Positions 63,394-64,000 of a stretch of 64,000 bases of DNA are shown here, piece by piece. The stretch is taken from contig JAPDFW010000124.1 in assembly GCA_028826165.1 (NCBI GenBank), forward strand, positions 62,001-126,000. The letters run 5' to 3'. A model generated the notes under the pieces. It saw nothing but the letters and a program-made list of their open reading frames with translations. It was not told where the DNA came from and did not search any database. The DNA is from Anaeramoeba ignava BMAN (taxonomy: Eukaryota; Protista; Anaeramoebae). How positions within the stretch are numbered: position 1 is the stretch's first letter; the number at the start of each line of letters is the position of its first letter. The position numbers were made by a program, and so were the translations under genes.

Positions 63394-63458
63394 AAAAAAA
63401 TGAAAAAAAATGAAAAAAATAAAAATAAATTTTAAATTTTTTTTTTCATTTTTTTTTT
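63394..63458. promoter_or_regulatory. Minimal bidirectional promoter with back-to-back TCATT elements
   Basis: 122-nt gap between ATG 63387 (-) and ATG 63510 (+). AATGA x2 at 63399-63413 serves the minus gene and TCATT at ~63446 serves the plus gene. Confidence 0.6.
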
Positions 63459-63509
63459 CCTTCTTTTTATTTTTTAATTAAGAAAAACTTAAAAAAATTT
63501 TAAATTAAA

Positions 63510-64000
63510 ATGACAAACAGATTAGAATATCGTAAACTTCTTTTAAAAGTTGCATTTCATAAAGATATTTTTAGATTAAAAAAAAAACAAAATGAAAAAA
63601 TTGAAACTGTTCATCCACTTGAATTATTAAAAAGATGGATTAATTTTCAATTTAAAATCAATTCAAAAACGTTAAAAATTTCAAATATTAAATCTGATTT
63701 AAAAGTTTATTTTTTAAAATTAAAAAAAAAAAAAGCAAAAAAAAAAATTTTTTAATTAAATTTTTAATTTAAAAAAAAGGATTGTTTAATTTTATCTCAA
63801 CTTTTATTCATTTTATCTCAAAATGAAAATTTTTTATCAATTTCAAATTTACAAAATTATTATGAAAGAGCTTTAAAAATACTTGATTTTTTAAAAGAAA
63901 CTGATTATACTGGTTTTTTATTTAATCCTAATAATTTAATTAAAGTGAATTTTAAACAAAAGAATTTAAACAAAAAAATTTTAAATTTAAATTTTAATAT
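63510..64000 (+). CDS. Calponin-homology domain protein (plastin/fimbrin-like CH), 5' part only
   Basis: Exons 63510-63704 and 63780-63944: PLELLKRWINFQF..ISNIKSDLK/DCLILSQLL..YERALKIL..NPNNLIK. The next donor is GTGAAT at 63945. Confidence 0.78.

Noticed and set aside
1-64000. Inteins/Hint domains, transposases, reverse transcriptase (DGR), tRNA or rRNA genes
   Set aside because: I found no C...HN intein insertions in conserved proteins, no RT or transposase motifs, and no GC-rich structured RNA other than the 57.1-kb hairpin. This was by eye; tRNAscan/Infernal were not run.
1-64000. Alternative genetic code (stop-codon reassignment)
   Set aside because: TAA and TGA both terminate conserved proteins at expected positions, and internal stops are explained by introns or 1-bp indels.

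Overview
Extremely AT-rich, gene-dense eukaryotic (protist) nuclear DNA in the standard genetic code with spliceosomal introns; it is not prokaryotic. The style (RCC1-BTB, ankyrin-BTB and BTB-TLDc expansions, N/Q/E low-complexity tracts, TCATT initiator-like motifs) suggests a free-living metamonad such as Anaeramoeba, which is inference only. I reconstructed 19 protein genes by hand (14 minus, 5 plus) and 28 complete introns. The genes are: an unknown ORF, a divergent importin-alpha, 4 tandem RCC1-BTB-BTB genes, a MARK-type kinase, KNL1, IFRD, a LisH-RasGEF, a kinase-less Mad3/BubR1, BTB-BACK-TLDc, 2 tail-to-tail ankyrin-BTB-BTB genes, a ~1575-aa CH + ~10 PH-like-repeat protein, a Dzip/CEP290-N-like coiled coil, CLASP, an ATG2-like protein and a partial CH-domain gene. 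Long introns and spacers are filled with local satellites. Best leads: (1) an intronless, mosaic repertoire of BTB-BTB adaptors with hypervariable recognition loops and an on/off CaaX tail; (2) an isolated pri-miRNA-like hairpin at 57118-57213; (3) atypical splice signals (13/28 AAG acceptors, some after poly-A); (4) the CH + multi-PH protein. Eight 1-bp frameshifts at A-runs are probably assembly errors.
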